Part shown: positions 34,901 to 48,105 of the stretch, one piece after another
Numbering within the stretch: the first letter of the stretch is position 1
Layout: every line of letters begins with the position of its first letter
NCBI RefSeq assembly: GCF_028641065.1
Contig: NC_073408.1
Span: forward strand, 11,036,001-11,100,000
Reading direction: 5' to 3'
Source: Leucoraja erinacea
Lineage: Eukaryota
Length of the DNA: 64,000 bases
The notes under the pieces: model-generated
What the model was told of the DNA's origin: nothing
The model's database searches: none
Seen by the model: only the letters and a program-made list of their open reading frames with translations
Translations under genes and position numbers: made by a program

Positions 34901-37900
34901 TCAGATCTAAATGAAATCACACCAAAAACCAGTTGTACAGGGTCTTGGTGAGACCACACCTGGAGTATTGCGTACAGTTTTGGTCTCCAAATCTGAGGAA
35001 GGACATTATTGCCATAGAGGGAGTGCAGAGACGGTTCACCAGACTTTCCTGGGATGTCAGGACTGTCTTATGAAGAAAGACTGGATAGACTTGGTTTATA
35101 CTCTCTAGAGTTTAGGAGATTGAGAGGGGATCTTACAAAATTCTTAAGGGGGTTGGACAGGCTAGATGCAGGAAGATTGTGCCCGATGTTGGGGAAGTCC
35201 AGGACAATGGGTCACAGCTTAATGATAAAGGGGTAATACTTTAAAACCGAGATGAGAAGAACTTTTTTCACGCAGAGAGTGGTGAATCTCTGGAACTCTC
35301 TGCCACAGAGGGTAGTTGAGGCCAGTTCAGATGTGGCCCTTGTGGCTAAGGGGATCAGGGGGTATGGAGAGAAGGCAGGTACGGGATACTGAGTTGGATG
35401 ATCAGCCATGATCATATTGAATGGCAGTGCAGGCTCGAAGGGCCGAATGGCCTACTCCTGCACCTAATTTCCATGTTTCTATGTAAAAACTAGATAAAAT
35501 GCTAAATAAACGCCTACATACCTTTTGGTTGAAGTTGAGCCCGACTTTCAAATCCAGCAATCCAATAGACCAGCAACATTTTGAAAAAAAACACAAACGG
35601 GATGACAGAATGAGATTTCCTCTACATCATAAGCTTGTCGTATGAGGAAATCCCTCCCTGACAACCTGCATTTTACCCACAGCCTTTCAAGTTGCACGCA
35701 CAGGCAGTGGGCAGATCTAGAGCGCCACTGATTGCGGGGATTGTAACGTTGCTACTCAAAGACACTATATCTCCCAACATCTGATTGCCATTGCAATGCC
35801 AGTTCTTGCAAGTCCATCAGACTCAGATGAGAGGGATGGAGCAAGACTTTTTTTTTGTATAGGGAGCATACATCTTACGTAACATCTGATATAACAACTA
35901 ATTTCACCTTTGCATAATTGCTTGTTTCTACTGTGCCTCAACCCATCTACTGCTGAAATTCTCATTGATTCTTTTTTAAACTTCAGAAATTGATACTTTT
36001 TTAACCTTCAGAATCATCAATTCTATATTTTCCTGGACAACTTTGTGCCCTCCATGAACTTGAACTGATTCAAAATGCTGTTACATTCATTCTAATTTCC
36101 ACCCATTTGCCCGTTACCACTTTGTTAACTTGTATCAGCTCATTTTTGATTCCTCAAGTTATTTTCTCATGTAAATCTTGTACTTCCAGCTGTGCTCTCA
36201 TCAGATAGTCTGTAGGGTCTGGCATTTCTTTTCTAAACCTTTCTACCCTTCTCCTCAAAAAAAATCATTAACACTTACCTCGTTAAGCAAAGTCTTTCCC
36301 CATCTTTCCTAATTTTTTTTCAGCTTGGTGCCAGATATTTTCGTGACGTTCCTGTAAAATGTTTTGGAACATTTTACTACATTAAAGGCATTATGTCACT
36401 GAAAGTCAATGTTATATTGTATTTCATGTTCATTCCAAGCCTTCTTTCTTAGATTGCAGAATTAATTGATGAGAGACCTGTAATTATTCAGCAAATGGAA
36501 GAATTTCGATCCAGCAAGTGGAAAGTTTTAGGCGGTATGTGGTAAAATCATGATGTCAACTTTTATGAATGATTGTATATCAGTGTCATGGTGGATTTTG
36601 AAATCTTGTCAAAAGCAACACCGTCCCTTTTGAATACATTATTGAAATGTCAACATTGCTGCCATGGTCAGAATCTGCCGGGTACCAAAGTATTAATGGG
36701 CCATCTTGAACCAAATAGTGTGTTGGGCTACTTCAAAGATACATTCAGAATCAAATATGTTACTTTGGAGTCCTGATCACAAATAGACCTGGTTTGATGG
36801 CCACTCTCTTGTCCTAAAGGATTGAACCAGGTAATTGGAGACTTTATTAAATACTCACATTTAGGTTAAGGTGAATTTGAATTCAGTGCCACATATGTTT
36901 AAATTGCCAGGCGAATTCTAGCGATTTCCTTGCCCTCCCCGCAACACACACCCCTCAGTTCAAGAAAATTGACAAATAGAGACACTGATAGTTAACCTTT
37001 ATCAATATATAAAATACCATTAAAAGGAAGTAATAACCAAACTGCTGTGGAACTCAGCAGGCCAGGCAGTATCCATGGTGGGAAATGGATTGATGACTTT
37101 TCATGTTGGGCCCTTCAACTGAAAAAGCGTCTTCATCCAAAATGCCATCTGGCTATTTCCCTCGACAGATGCTGCCTGACCCTACAGCAGTTTGTGATTT
37201 ACCCTAGATTCCAGCATCTGCAGACTCTTGTTTCTCCATTAATAAGAAGTATTAGGGAAGCACAAGCCTGCTATAAGGGCAATTAATGCTTTTGTGTTTT
37301 CTTTTAGATGAAAATGCAGACTCACAGGGCTCAGACCTGTTTTTACAAACACAAACTGGCACGTAAGTCTGAATTGCTGGACGCTGCTCTTTTGTCTATT
37401 ATTGATATATCTAATACTTGATTTAATTCCTATAAGAAAACCTCCAATTTTGGAGGCATTAGATATCATAAATGATGGGAAATATTGGAAGAGGAAATCC
37501 ATGACTAAAGGTCATGAAAAATAAGATGAATGCTAAAATATTCAAAATAAATCAGAAGTCAGCAAAGAGGTACATAGAGTCAATTATTTTCAGAGGAAGC
37601 TCGATATACACACTTGGGAGAAATAAGCTGAAGAATGTGCAGTAAAGTTGATGGTAGGAAAAGATTTGGAGCGTAAATACCATTAGCAGTGGGATGGTCT
37701 ATTTCGGTGCAGCAGGCATTTATAGTAATTTGCTGATTCTTCAAATGGGATATCCCAGTTCTTCATTCATTGCCCTTCTTTGGGCCTGTTTACAATAGAT
37801 TGGGGTTTTATGAGCATACCAACTTGCATTTTCACAACACCAGACAACCCAAGATGGTTCACAGGAGCTTTATAAAACCATGGTAAAGAAATGATAGGGT

Positions 37901-40900
37901 GGATGATTAAATCCTTGATAAAATAATTAGGTTTCAATAATCTTTTTGAAGGAGAGGGAGAACTAAAATTGATTGCAGGGAGAATTTTTGCTTAGGCTTT
38001 GGATATTTGAAGGCAAGACTTCTAATGATGGAATAGAAGCAAACATATCACGTGCAATGCAGTGGATAGAGACATGATGCCTTTACACCCTGTACACTTG
38101 CTTTACAGCCAAACTCTAATAGAAAGTATCGTGTAGATAATTAAAGTAGTGAGTAAAAGTTCTGACATTGTTGTTGAACCAAGAACCTGTATTTTTGATA
38201 CACGAATGTGTGTTTTTCTTTTAGTTCATTACCAGGTTTTGATTCTCTACCGGGAAAAGGGATGAATTGTGGTTCTCAGCTTTCTAAGAAAAAAGTGGGA
38301 GCAGTTTCACCTGACCAGTCAGCGGCCAGAAGACAACGCCATGATTCATCAGATGTTTCACCTGTTCCAGACAGGTGGAACGATTCTCCTGACCTTTCAC
38401 CATCTCGGAGAGAGCGGCATGATTCTCCTGACCTTTCACCTCTTCGGAAGGGACGCCACGATTCGCCTGACCTTTCACCTCCAAGGAAACTACGTCATGA
38501 TTCTCCTGACCTTTCACCTCCAAGGAAGAAAAACTCTGAAAAATCAATCAGATCATCAGACTTGTCACATGGAAAGAGTATGTATTATCTCCCTGACATT
38601 TTCCCTAGCAGAAAAAATACATGATTCCTCAAATCTTTCATCATCTGGAAATGCAAAAAACTGTTTTGACTTTAACTTATCTCCAACCCATAAAGTATAA
38701 TTCCCAGAGAAAGCAGGAGATTGGATTGAAAAAAACTTCAACCCAATTCCCACTTTTAACATTTGCTATCTACTCAAGTAATGCTAAGATAGATGCAGCA
38801 CATATTAGATGCAGTATAAACTCGCACTACACAGTTCAAACAAATAATTATAAGAAGGCTAAGTTTAATGCAAGTTGAATGTAAAGTCATCAAAATAGTT
38901 AATGAACTACCAGCTCCTTCTGGGTGGCTGAGGCTTCCATCTTGAGGTCTAGATGTTGCTGGTTTGTGCCTGGTTTTGCTGAATTATATATTTCAAAATA
39001 CTGATTTTTGATTGTGAAAATCTTTCTTACCTAGCATTGTCCCCAAAGAGAGACAAGGACAGAAGAGCAAGAGGATCTCCACGGAAAGCAAAGGATTCTG
39101 ATGCTGACCTTTCACCCCCACGAAAGGGAGGTCAGCATTCTTCTGACTCGGACCTGTCGCCACCACGCAGGAAGGTGGAGATCCAAACCTCATGTCCATC
39201 GCCTACTCAGCAGAGGCAACGTACTCATAAACATGCTTCCTCAAGGGGACAAGTTGTCAGTCGAGACTCGAGTCCGAGCAGAAAGGTAGGACCAAGTGCT
39301 GATCTACTGGTATGATGTAGGAACAGCCTGCAGAGCAGTAGGCAGGTCATGTCAGTGTTGACATTCCTATGTGAGATCCTCCCAATATTGTTTGCTGCTT
39401 TGGAGCACTTTGGGATGATTAAATATGGTCTAGAAAGGAGACTTTGTAGATAACTGGTTTGGAGCTTGGCAGTATTGAATTGGATTTCTTTCCCTTCTAA
39501 AACATGTTCTTGTAAGTCATGTTGATATTGCCCTGTGCAGTTAATTGAACAGGAATGTAGATGGCAAGGTACACCAGGATAGGAATCCATCAAATATTCC
39601 CCTTCCCCTCTGCCCCAACGTCCCGTTGTTTTTGTAAATGCTGTTCTCTATATTGGATTTACTGACATGGTTTCCATTCGCCTTATTTTGATCTGGCTGA
39701 TGTATAATCCGGAACCTAAGGGCCAAGGTCTGGTGGTGAAACTTTTGGAATATATGTTTCTTTCACTTTTCTCTCCTAAAGGAAGAGTGTTGTCAGGAAG
39801 GCTACAGTTGCAATGCTACATTGCATTGGAGCTCAATCTACCGTTTTGATTTTCTTAAGGATCTATATCATGTCTGGAGGAAATTCAAATTATGCTCATG
39901 AGGTTGATTCTAGAAGTTGAATTGTTTGATGAGGAAAGGTTGAACAGGTTTGACGAATACCTGTGTGTTTGGAAGAATGAGGGATAATCTTAGTAAGACA
40001 ACATTTTGAAAAATATTTGATAGGGTAGATGCTGAGGCAATGTTTCCCTAGAACTAGAGGTTTTGGAATAACGAGTCTCCAAGTTAAGACAGCTGAGAAG
40101 GAATTTTTCTCTTGGATTTGTAAATGTTTGGATCTCCCCCCACACACACATATTATTGACACAGACACACAAACACAGACATATGCACATATACATATAA
40201 AAAAACCCACAATCAACAGATTTTTGTTGGAGAGGGTTTTGGGAAACAATCAGGATAGTGAAGTGAAAGAAAGAAAACTGTTTTCTTTGGAAAGCGAAGA
40301 CAGGTTTGTACTCTCATAAATCTTACATTATGGAAGAGTGTATAACGAGCGTGATCAACATTTGGTCATTTTCAGGTCAGCTGAAGTCCTATACTTTTTT
40401 TTGTACTTCTACAAAACTACATGGAAGGCCGTGCATGGAAGGCCCAAAGCATGTCCAAATAGGAAGGTTGAGGCCTGCTTGAACAAAAGCTAAAGATTTT
40501 CACCCTTTCTTTGCTTGCTACCAAAGAGTCCATGTCATGAATCGCCAAATTAGTACCTCCTTTAGTTTTACATTGTAATGGATAACTCCCTCCAATTTAT
40601 CCTCCTGATCACAAACTCCACCATTTCCATCAATTTCTCATCATCCATATCTTTCCACATTCTCACATTCCCTTCAACCATCATCGTTCCTCTGCAATCC
40701 TGTTTCCAGCAATCGTCTCGCAGAAGCCCCCACTTCACCAACACCTGCTCCAGCAATGATTTTCTCTCCAACATGCCACCACAACAACACCTCTCCCTTG
40801 TACAAGTTGTCCACAACTCTGCAGTGGTACTTGATAATATCATTCACAGTGGTGGCCTTTTCGGGGTTCAATCCAAGAGTCGCCATGGGCCACATTTTCA

Positions 40901-43900
40901 ACAACCCTGGTTTGTAAATTATATGTGAAGTTGAATATTTCCACTTGATTTGATACCTGTTACTTATAAATCAGATTGAGAATTCAGAGGAAACTTCTTT
41001 ATGCTGAAAGTACCATTCACAACCACTAGGAGGACCTATAGACCCTAAAACATAGGAGCAGAATTAGGCCATTTGGCCCATCAAGTCTATTCCTGCATTC
41101 GATCGTGGCTGATCTATTTTACCCTTTCAACCCTATTTTCCTGCCTTCTCACAGTAACCTGTGACGTCCTTACTAATCAAGTGTCTTAGGCTCTACAGCC
41201 ATCTGTGGCAATGAATTCCAAAGATCCACCATCTTCTGGTTAAGGAAGTTCCTCCTCATTGGAGATACCATGAATAATATAATGGGAGGCTGGATAATCG
41301 CATGAAAAAGGAATGGAAGACTTAATAATGACATTGTGTGTTGAATAATAAGGGCCAGTATGGAATGTAAGCACCAGCATAGACCAATCAGACTGAATGG
41401 CCATAAAGAATCTTTACGGGATTACACAAAATTCCAAAGGAGTTTAAGAAGGAATGCCACTCATTTTTGAAATTGTCACGGTAGACATTTCTTCTCGTAA
41501 TTGAATTAATTTCATATTCATCCAAAACGTGTAATATCTCAAACAAACCATTTACAGCTGACAACTAATGGCAGAGGGTGGAAAGAGGAACATTTGGCCT
41601 TTAAAACATCATTTATCTGTTGAATGTGGCCATTGGTGGTTCTTAATCGTGCTGTCTTTAAGTTACTAACATAAAAAACAGATGAACTTACAAAATCTTG
41701 TGTTTCAGTCACAAGGGAATGAGATGCTATCTGGGGATAAGGCTGGTCTGGTATCGACAGATACATTAAGGAAAGAGAAAGAGGACCGGAGGAAAAGGGA
41801 GCGAGCAGCCGAGCACTTAGCAGGTATCGATGCAGCTTGAGGGATCTCCTAGCAGTTGTAGTGTTACACATTCATTTGGAACTTTTTTTTCCCCCTGAAA
41901 ATGCTGATTCTAAAGGTCTCTATAATTCTGCCACAAGCATAAGCAAGGTATCAACAACTGTGGAGGCATCAACATGGAGCCTGTTACTTCACTTAATATT
42001 TTGTTTAAGTACCTGCACGTTGTATTAAGTATATAGACTCGATCAGAGCCCATGGCTCACGTAGCCCAGTGATGCTGAGCTTCATTAATCCTTCCGCAGT
42101 TTATACAACATAGATTGGGAAGAGAGTGTAGGATTTCCTGACTTGTTGGCTCAATAATATGAGAGTTAATTTGTCCCCAACCCCAAAAATTAACCTGCTT
42201 TGCTAACATTAACTATGATTTTTTAAATAACATTAAAGACTGTAAGTGAAAGAACACTAGGGTTAATGCTGAGACCAATTTTATCTGTTTTTTTAATCTT
42301 TTCCTGTTATTTGTTTTTCACTTTCTCTCCACATTACCTCTTTCATTTTCTTTACTATCTTTTGCTTTCTCATTACTTCATGCTTTTATCTTTCCTTTTA
42401 TTCTATATATCTCTCTAGAATTCTCATGGGTGATTGCAAGTTGATTATATCGGTCAATAAACAAAACGTAAAGATGGAATCATAGAGTGCAAACATGTGA
42501 TAAACATGTGCAAAACATAGGTTAGGTCACTGTAAATATTGTCCAAAATCACATGTGTTAAGTGTTTATTTCTCTTATGCACTGGATATAAAATGGAACA
42601 ATGAAATTCTTACTTGTTGCGGCTTTATATGCACATTAGAAACAGCAGCAACAACAGCAATAGATATACAATAAATTATCAGTTATTCTAAGTAAACTAG
42701 ACCATGATTGTGTAATAGCAAAAGTACATAGAGCTGCCTTAGCAATGTAAAATCCATAGTGGTTCAGTGGGGTTATGATTAGAATTGTGCAGGGTGGTTC
42801 AATAAATAACCTGATGGTTGATGGAAAGAAGCTGTTCTTGAAGCTGCAGGGAATGATTGTCTGGCTTTTGTACCACCACCTTGCTGGTAGCAACAAGAAG
42901 TGAATGGGCCTGGATGGTGTGGATCTTTGATGATATTGGCTTCCTTCTTGAGGTTACACTTCATTGGTGGGGAATTCAGTACCCATGATGGAATGGGTAA
43001 TGTCTATCACTTTCTGTAGCTTCCTTCATTCTTGAACTTTCAAATTTCAGAACCAGGCCATGATGCAACCAGTCAGTGTGTTTTACACCATACACTTGTA
43101 GCAGTTTAATAGAGTATTCAGCTCTATTATTTAACGTCAAAGGGAGCAAGAGTTTGTTTGGATAATAGTGATTATATGATAAAATTAAGAGATTTGTGGC
43201 ATTCCCTCTGCAGCAGAAGTGTGCCAATTTAATGAAGGACTCTTAACAACATGAAGAATTCTGACATTGAACAATTCTAAATGGATGAAATATTTGACAC
43301 GCTGTTATCCATTTAAAATTATCCCCAGGAGAGTAAAAAGGGAAGCTAGGAGATATTCCACCAGACCATTTTAGAAACGGGGAATGCATTTCTATGGCAT
43401 GAAGTAAATACAATTAGATAAACATTTGTGGTTAGTTGTGGTAACCATCTCGGTTCCAATCACTTGTTCACCTCTCAAGAGAAATGTCTCTCTCTGATGA
43501 GGAAACGTGAAGAGGAGGGAACAAATGATTACCATACTTCAGGGATTTAAGGAAATGAAAAGATTTAGAGAAGAGTATTTTTCGAACATTAAACTTGAAA
43601 TAATTGGAGAGCGTGTGCTGTTGCAAGAAATGTTGATGGGCCAACATCTTATGCTTGGGTAGTTCCAAACCTATGTTCTCTTTTTAACTTCAACCAGTGC
43701 TGCAGGCTAAAGTGAATAGACGTTGTTTCTCTGCATCCAACCCCTTGTGCTTTGTAACATTTCCCAGCTGAGGGGAATAATAGATCTTACTTTTACCCAG
43801 CTATTAACACCCTGTACTAACCCAAGAATGCTTCTGCACGTCATTCCAGCCATGTACTAGGCCACAATCCTGCCTATATTGTAATCGACAATCTGAAATT

Positions 43901-46900
43901 CCTGTGCACCAACCCCGTGTGGGGAGTGGCTGATAATCAACATGAGGTGTTTTATAAATTCCCAATTCAGACCACCTGATACAGACTCGCCAGACTCATT
44001 ATGGCGAGTCTGTATTTTTTATTTCTATTTATTTTTTCATGCACACTGAATGGACACTGGTTGAGCAACGTTTTTTTGTTTCCTCTGGGTATGCGAATAC
44101 TCAGGAAATGACAATAAAGATATACAATACAATACAATGATGATGCTGACATTTTTTTATTCTATTTTAAAGATGACGCTAGAAATGCCACTACTGTGTT
44201 CCGAGATAAATTGGGGAAAAAGAGGGACTTGGATCAGGAACGGCTTGAACAGAAGAAGAAGAACGAGGAGAATGCAATAAAACTTGAAAAATATGCCCAG
44301 TGGGGCAAAGGGTAAGTACATAGGATTTATTATATCCTCATCAACATAATGAGTAAGATGGGCTCCAGTAAAGTTGAGTAGTTCCACAGCAGCTGGTTAG
44401 TCTATTCCAATCCCTTATGATTATACGTTGACATATCTCTTAATTACCTTAAGCTGTGGTCCATTTTCCCTCTCTACCAATCTGCTTTCCAATTTCTTCC
44501 CACATTTCATCCTTCATTCACATGGTGTAATTTATTTTGTTGCCTTTTTCTCTAAATCACACAATCCCTACCCCTTTGCACCATTTCCCCGTGCAATTTT
44601 CTTCCAATCATAAGTCCAAGCCGTCTTTTTTCCCTTCCCCAACTTCTCACCCTGACCCTATCTTTGCCCTCAATTGCAAAGTTATGCATTCCCCTCCTTC
44701 AAGCAGTCTTCATCCCTCTCCCTCTCCCCTCTCCCCCTCTCCGACACATTTCATATTTACGTAGCTTCTTTACCCCCTGACTGTGCCTCAAATTCCACAA
44801 TTCCTTTCCTCAGTCTCTTGTTTTTGCTCTCTTCTTTGTGCTAAGTCCTACTCATTCTTGATATGACTTACTTCAGGTTGGCTCAGCAAGAGCAGCAGAG
44901 GCAGAACATAGAGGATGCTGTTCGTGAGATGCAAAAGCCACTTGCCCGACATATCGATGACGAAGACTTAGACCGCCACCTACGTGAGAAAGAGCGGGAT
45001 GGTGACCCAATGGCTGGGTTAATCAAGAAGAAGAAGGAAAAGGAGGCCAAGAATAAAAATGGTGCGTTTTAACGCAAAATGATGAAATGATGGGGTTGTA
45101 ATACTGAGGGGATTTTAAACATAGTTTTAATCCATAGCACTGTGAAAGCATGAGGTTTCTGACTCTATGGATAAAAACTGAATATTTTTTTCTTTCCCTT
45201 TTTAGAGAAGCCACGATACAAAGGGTCCTGCACCACCCCCCAACAGGTTCAACCTGTACCCTGGGTACCGCTGGGATGGAGTGGACAGGTTATGCTCAGT
45301 TTCTATTTTAATAATTTTTTGTGGTTTAGTTTTAATCCTTCATAGATTTTTAAACTATGTGCAGTCGTCACCCATGATAATCGGATACCAGGAGAAATTG
45401 CAGTGTAAATGGAATCAGAAGCTGCTGCAGCTGAAAGAATGTTAAGTTAAATCATAAATATTAAAACCAAAGGTCTATTGAAGTAAACAAATAGCATAGG
45501 ATAAGAAGAAAAGATCCATAAATGAAGTTGCCACGGTCAGATTGAGTGGCAGGTGGACTCGCGGGTTGAGTGGTTCTTGGTTTATAAAATTGGAAAAATA
45601 AAAACTGAAAGGGAAGAGACTCTGAGCAGAAAGCCCACACTTGGACAGGAGAAACAGGTCCATGGAGTGTCCTATGTGTTAGCATTTCTCTATTGTACCC
45701 TCAGCTGATCAACAGCTCCATTTACTACACCAGCAATAATGTTTTACTGTAAAATGTTTGAAAGGACTTGCAGCTATTTCATTCATTATAGATTTTGAGC
45801 AGAGATTTAAAATTGAATCCCACTTTTGAAGGGGACATTCCTGAGCGCTTTATTGGGGTTGAACCTTGTGTCGGCTTTAAGTAACTTTGAGTAATGTAAT
45901 CCTCTATAAATGGGATACTAAAACAAGTTGCACTATTGGTTAATTATCACATGAGCACAGATCAGGTGATATTGATTTCCAAGATTTTAGTGGAGGAACT
46001 TTAAAAAAAAAAAAAAGTTTAATTCATTGAATGATTGCAGTGAATCAGAAACTGAAATCATCGAACAGTCTCATTTCAGTTCTTGGGAAGCCCTGTTTAA
46101 AAAAAACTGCCAGTATTTCACCATTCATTTGTGATTTTAAGATGCTAAGGTGTCCATTTTGAATTTTACCTGAGCAACATTGAATGAAGAGTTTCATTGG
46201 CACGTTATGTCTGAAATAACCACTTGCTGTATCTGCCTAGGCAATGTTTTGTCGATGATTGTAGAAGGAACTTTCTCTATATCTAATCAATGTTCATAAG
46301 GTCATTAGGAATAGGAGCAGAATTAGGCCCTTTGGCCGATCAAGTCTACTCCGCCATTCAATCATGGCTGATCTATCTCTCCCTCCTAACCCCATTCTCC
46401 TGTCTTCACCCCATAATCTCTAACACCTGTACTACTCAAAATCTATCTTTCTCTGCCTTAAAAATATCCACTAACTTTGCCTCCATAGCTTTCCGTGGCA
46501 AATAATTCCAAAGATTCACCACCCTATGATTAAATAAATTCTCCTTTTCTCCTTCCTAAAAGAACGTCCTTTAATTCTGAGGCTGTGACCTCTAGTCTTA
46601 GATTCTCCCACTAGTGGAAACATCCTCTCCACATCTACTCTATTCAAGCCTTTCACTATTATGTACATTTCAATGAGGCCCCCCCTCGTTCTTCTAAGCT
46701 CCAGTGAGTACAGGTTCAGTGCTGACTAATGCTCATCATAGATTGGACCTGGCCAAAGGCATTTGCTGGGGCTGTTGTATATTGGAGGCAACCCTTGATT
46801 TCAAACTTTTTTAAATGCAAATCATTCCATTCTCCATTGATAGCCACATTTGCATGGATAGAAGGAATTTCACAAAAATATGCCATACGGATAGCTGCCA

Positions 46901-47047
46901 CATAATATATTTGAAGTCTTTTCAACCTCAAAACACTTGTTTTTAATTTGCAGGTCAAATGGGTTTGAAAAGAAGCGGTATGCCAGACAAGCTGAAAAGA
47001 AAGCAGTGCAAGAGATCGCATACAAATGGAGTGTGGAGGATATGTAA
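31788..47047 (+). CDS. BUD13: BUD13 homolog (RES complex splicing factor), 11 exons
   Basis: Exons 31788-31912, 33092-33191, 36453-36534, 37308-37362, 38225-38577, 39035-39285, 41709-41823, 44173-44311, 44877-45061, 45206-45288 (one extra G), 46954-47047. Motifs [28 protein letters not shown] repeats, [36 protein letters not shown]. Confidence 0.95.
32150..32283 (+). repeat. Penelope-derived repeat with minimal hammerhead-ribozyme-like motif
   Basis: CTGAAGA-agggtc-tc-gaccc-(aaaccc)-GAAAC-GTC, followed by the family arm sequence. Confidence 0.6.
32335..32560 (+). mobile_element. CR1-like LINE 3' end
   Basis: tttactcagagagtggtagctgtgtggaatgagcttcc.. gggccgagatggcctgtttccgtgctgt. Confidence 0.7.
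33092..33191 (+). CDS. BUD13: BUD13 exon 2
   Basis: [21 protein letters not shown]|gtatgt. Confidence 0.93.
33470..33900 (-). mobile_element. Rex1-like LINE 3' fragment
   Basis: ..[33 protein letters not shown] on minus strand. Confidence 0.65.
34930..35483 (+). mobile_element. CR1/HER1-like LINE 3' fragment
   Basis: [15 protein letters not shown].., [25 protein letters not shown]; 3' UTR with ctatgt tail. Confidence 0.85.
36453..36534 (+). CDS. BUD13: BUD13 exon 3
   Basis: [27 protein letters not shown]|gtatgt. Confidence 0.92.
37308..37362 (+). CDS. BUD13: BUD13 exon 4
   Basis: ttttag|(D)[17 protein letters not shown](T)|gtaagt; phases 1 and 2 fit the neighbours. Confidence 0.8.
38225..38577 (+). 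CDS. BUD13: BUD13 exon 5 (RHDSPDLSP repeats)
   Basis: Five 13-aa/39-nt repeat units; A|GTATGT donor in phase with the next exon. Confidence 0.85.
39035..39285 (+). CDS. BUD13: BUD13 exon 6
   Basis: ..[25 protein letters not shown]|gtagga. Confidence 0.88.
41050..41260 (-). mobile_element. CR1/HER1-like LINE 3' end
   Basis: Same family as 46305-46745. Confidence 0.65.
41709..41823 (+). CDS. BUD13: BUD13 exon 7
   Basis: [26 protein letters not shown]|gtatcg. Confidence 0.9.
42590..43120 (-). mobile_element. Degenerate Rex1-like LINE 3' fragment
   Basis: [13 protein letters not shown].. and [13 protein letters not shown] on minus strand. Confidence 0.6.
44173..44311 (+). CDS. BUD13: BUD13 exon 8
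   Basis: [24 protein letters not shown]|gtaagt. Confidence 0.93.
44877..45061 (+). CDS. BUD13: BUD13 exon 9
   Basis: [37 protein letters not shown].. Confidence 0.95.
45206..45288 (+). CDS. BUD13: BUD13 exon 10 (+1 frameshift in GGG at 45223-45225)
   Basis: EKPRYKG / [21 protein letters not shown]; 83 nt where 82 is needed. Confidence 0.9.
46305..46745 (-). mobile_element. CR1/HER1-like LINE 3' fragment
   Basis: ataggagcagaattaggcc.. ccgccattcaatcatggctgatc.. gtgacctctagtc.. Confidence 0.72.
46954..47047 (+). CDS. BUD13: BUD13 exon 11
   Basis: [30 protein letters not shown]. Confidence 0.95.
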
Positions 47048-48002
47048 ACCATTAAACATAATAGCTATCAGTACATGGAGACTTTTGCACTGGGACTTTA
47101 ACACTCCATGAAAAAAGACTTCACCGAAAGATATTTATTCATTTCTCTGCAAAAGGTGGTTTGAATTTTTGGAAACATGAGAGAAGTGAAAGTTGTTTTT
47201 TAAATCAGTTAATATTTTGTCCTTTTGAATACAAAGTTTATATTGTGTGATTGTGGGTCTTTCAAGCAGTCTTTCTTATGAGCTTTTCATTTTTATTGAT
47301 TTGTTTGCGGGCTGAACTGTATCCAGCTGGTAAATGTACTGCTTTAAATATGCAAGTTGCTTTTTGATCATTTGGTGTGATCTGCATTAAGCAAACTCAT
47401 TTTTTCACACAAAATTAACACAGGCTATTAAAATGTATTAAGCAAGAGAGTATTGACCTACATGATGCCACGGTTAATTAAATATAAGCAACCTTTTAAT
47501 TCCACAATCATCACAGCAAGTTCAAGTCAGTAATGATACACTTCTTACAACTGATGTTCAATTGTTAGGTGATTTTAGGGTTCAGTGACAAAGATTGTTT
47601 AGTGTATTAAAAGAGCAAAACTTTATTTTTTCAACAAAATCATGGTTACTGATTTCTATGATTATAATAACCACACTGCGATCACCCACATGGTTTTAAG
47701 AGGCAAATGAGTCTACAAAGAAAATTCCCCAAAACATGTACATTGATTAGCCAATATTAAAACACGAGATGTAATAGTTGATCTGTCCAAGGGACATTCC
47801 CACAAAAATCTTGAATATGTGGTATCCACCATCCCTGAATAATGAGATTGCTTCCGCACTGCTGCTAGGGATGAATATCTAGTGATGAGAACCTCAAGGC
47901 AGATGGTTCATACATGATGTAGATAAACTTTGATGGGATGAAGTGCTCTTTTACTTGGTATTGCTGTGCCAACATTATGGTTTAGCAGCTCTGGTTGCTG
48001 TC

Positions 48003-48105
48003 TTATTGTACACATGTTACAGGCACAGATCGGTTGGAAATTTTCATGTTCTTGAGATGCTGGTGAATCAGGTAGGCTTGCAGCTTGCACATGGGGAGCG
48101 GTGAA
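48003..48105 (-). CDS. SAXO-like last exon
   Basis: ctcccag|SPLPMCKLQAYLIHQHLKNMKISNRSVPVTCVQ*. Confidence 0.7.

Noticed and set aside
38340-38530. Regular 39-nt direct repeats resembling a CRISPR-like array
   Set aside because: These are the coding RHDSPDLSP repeats of BUD13 in a eukaryotic gene; there are no unique spacers or cas genes.
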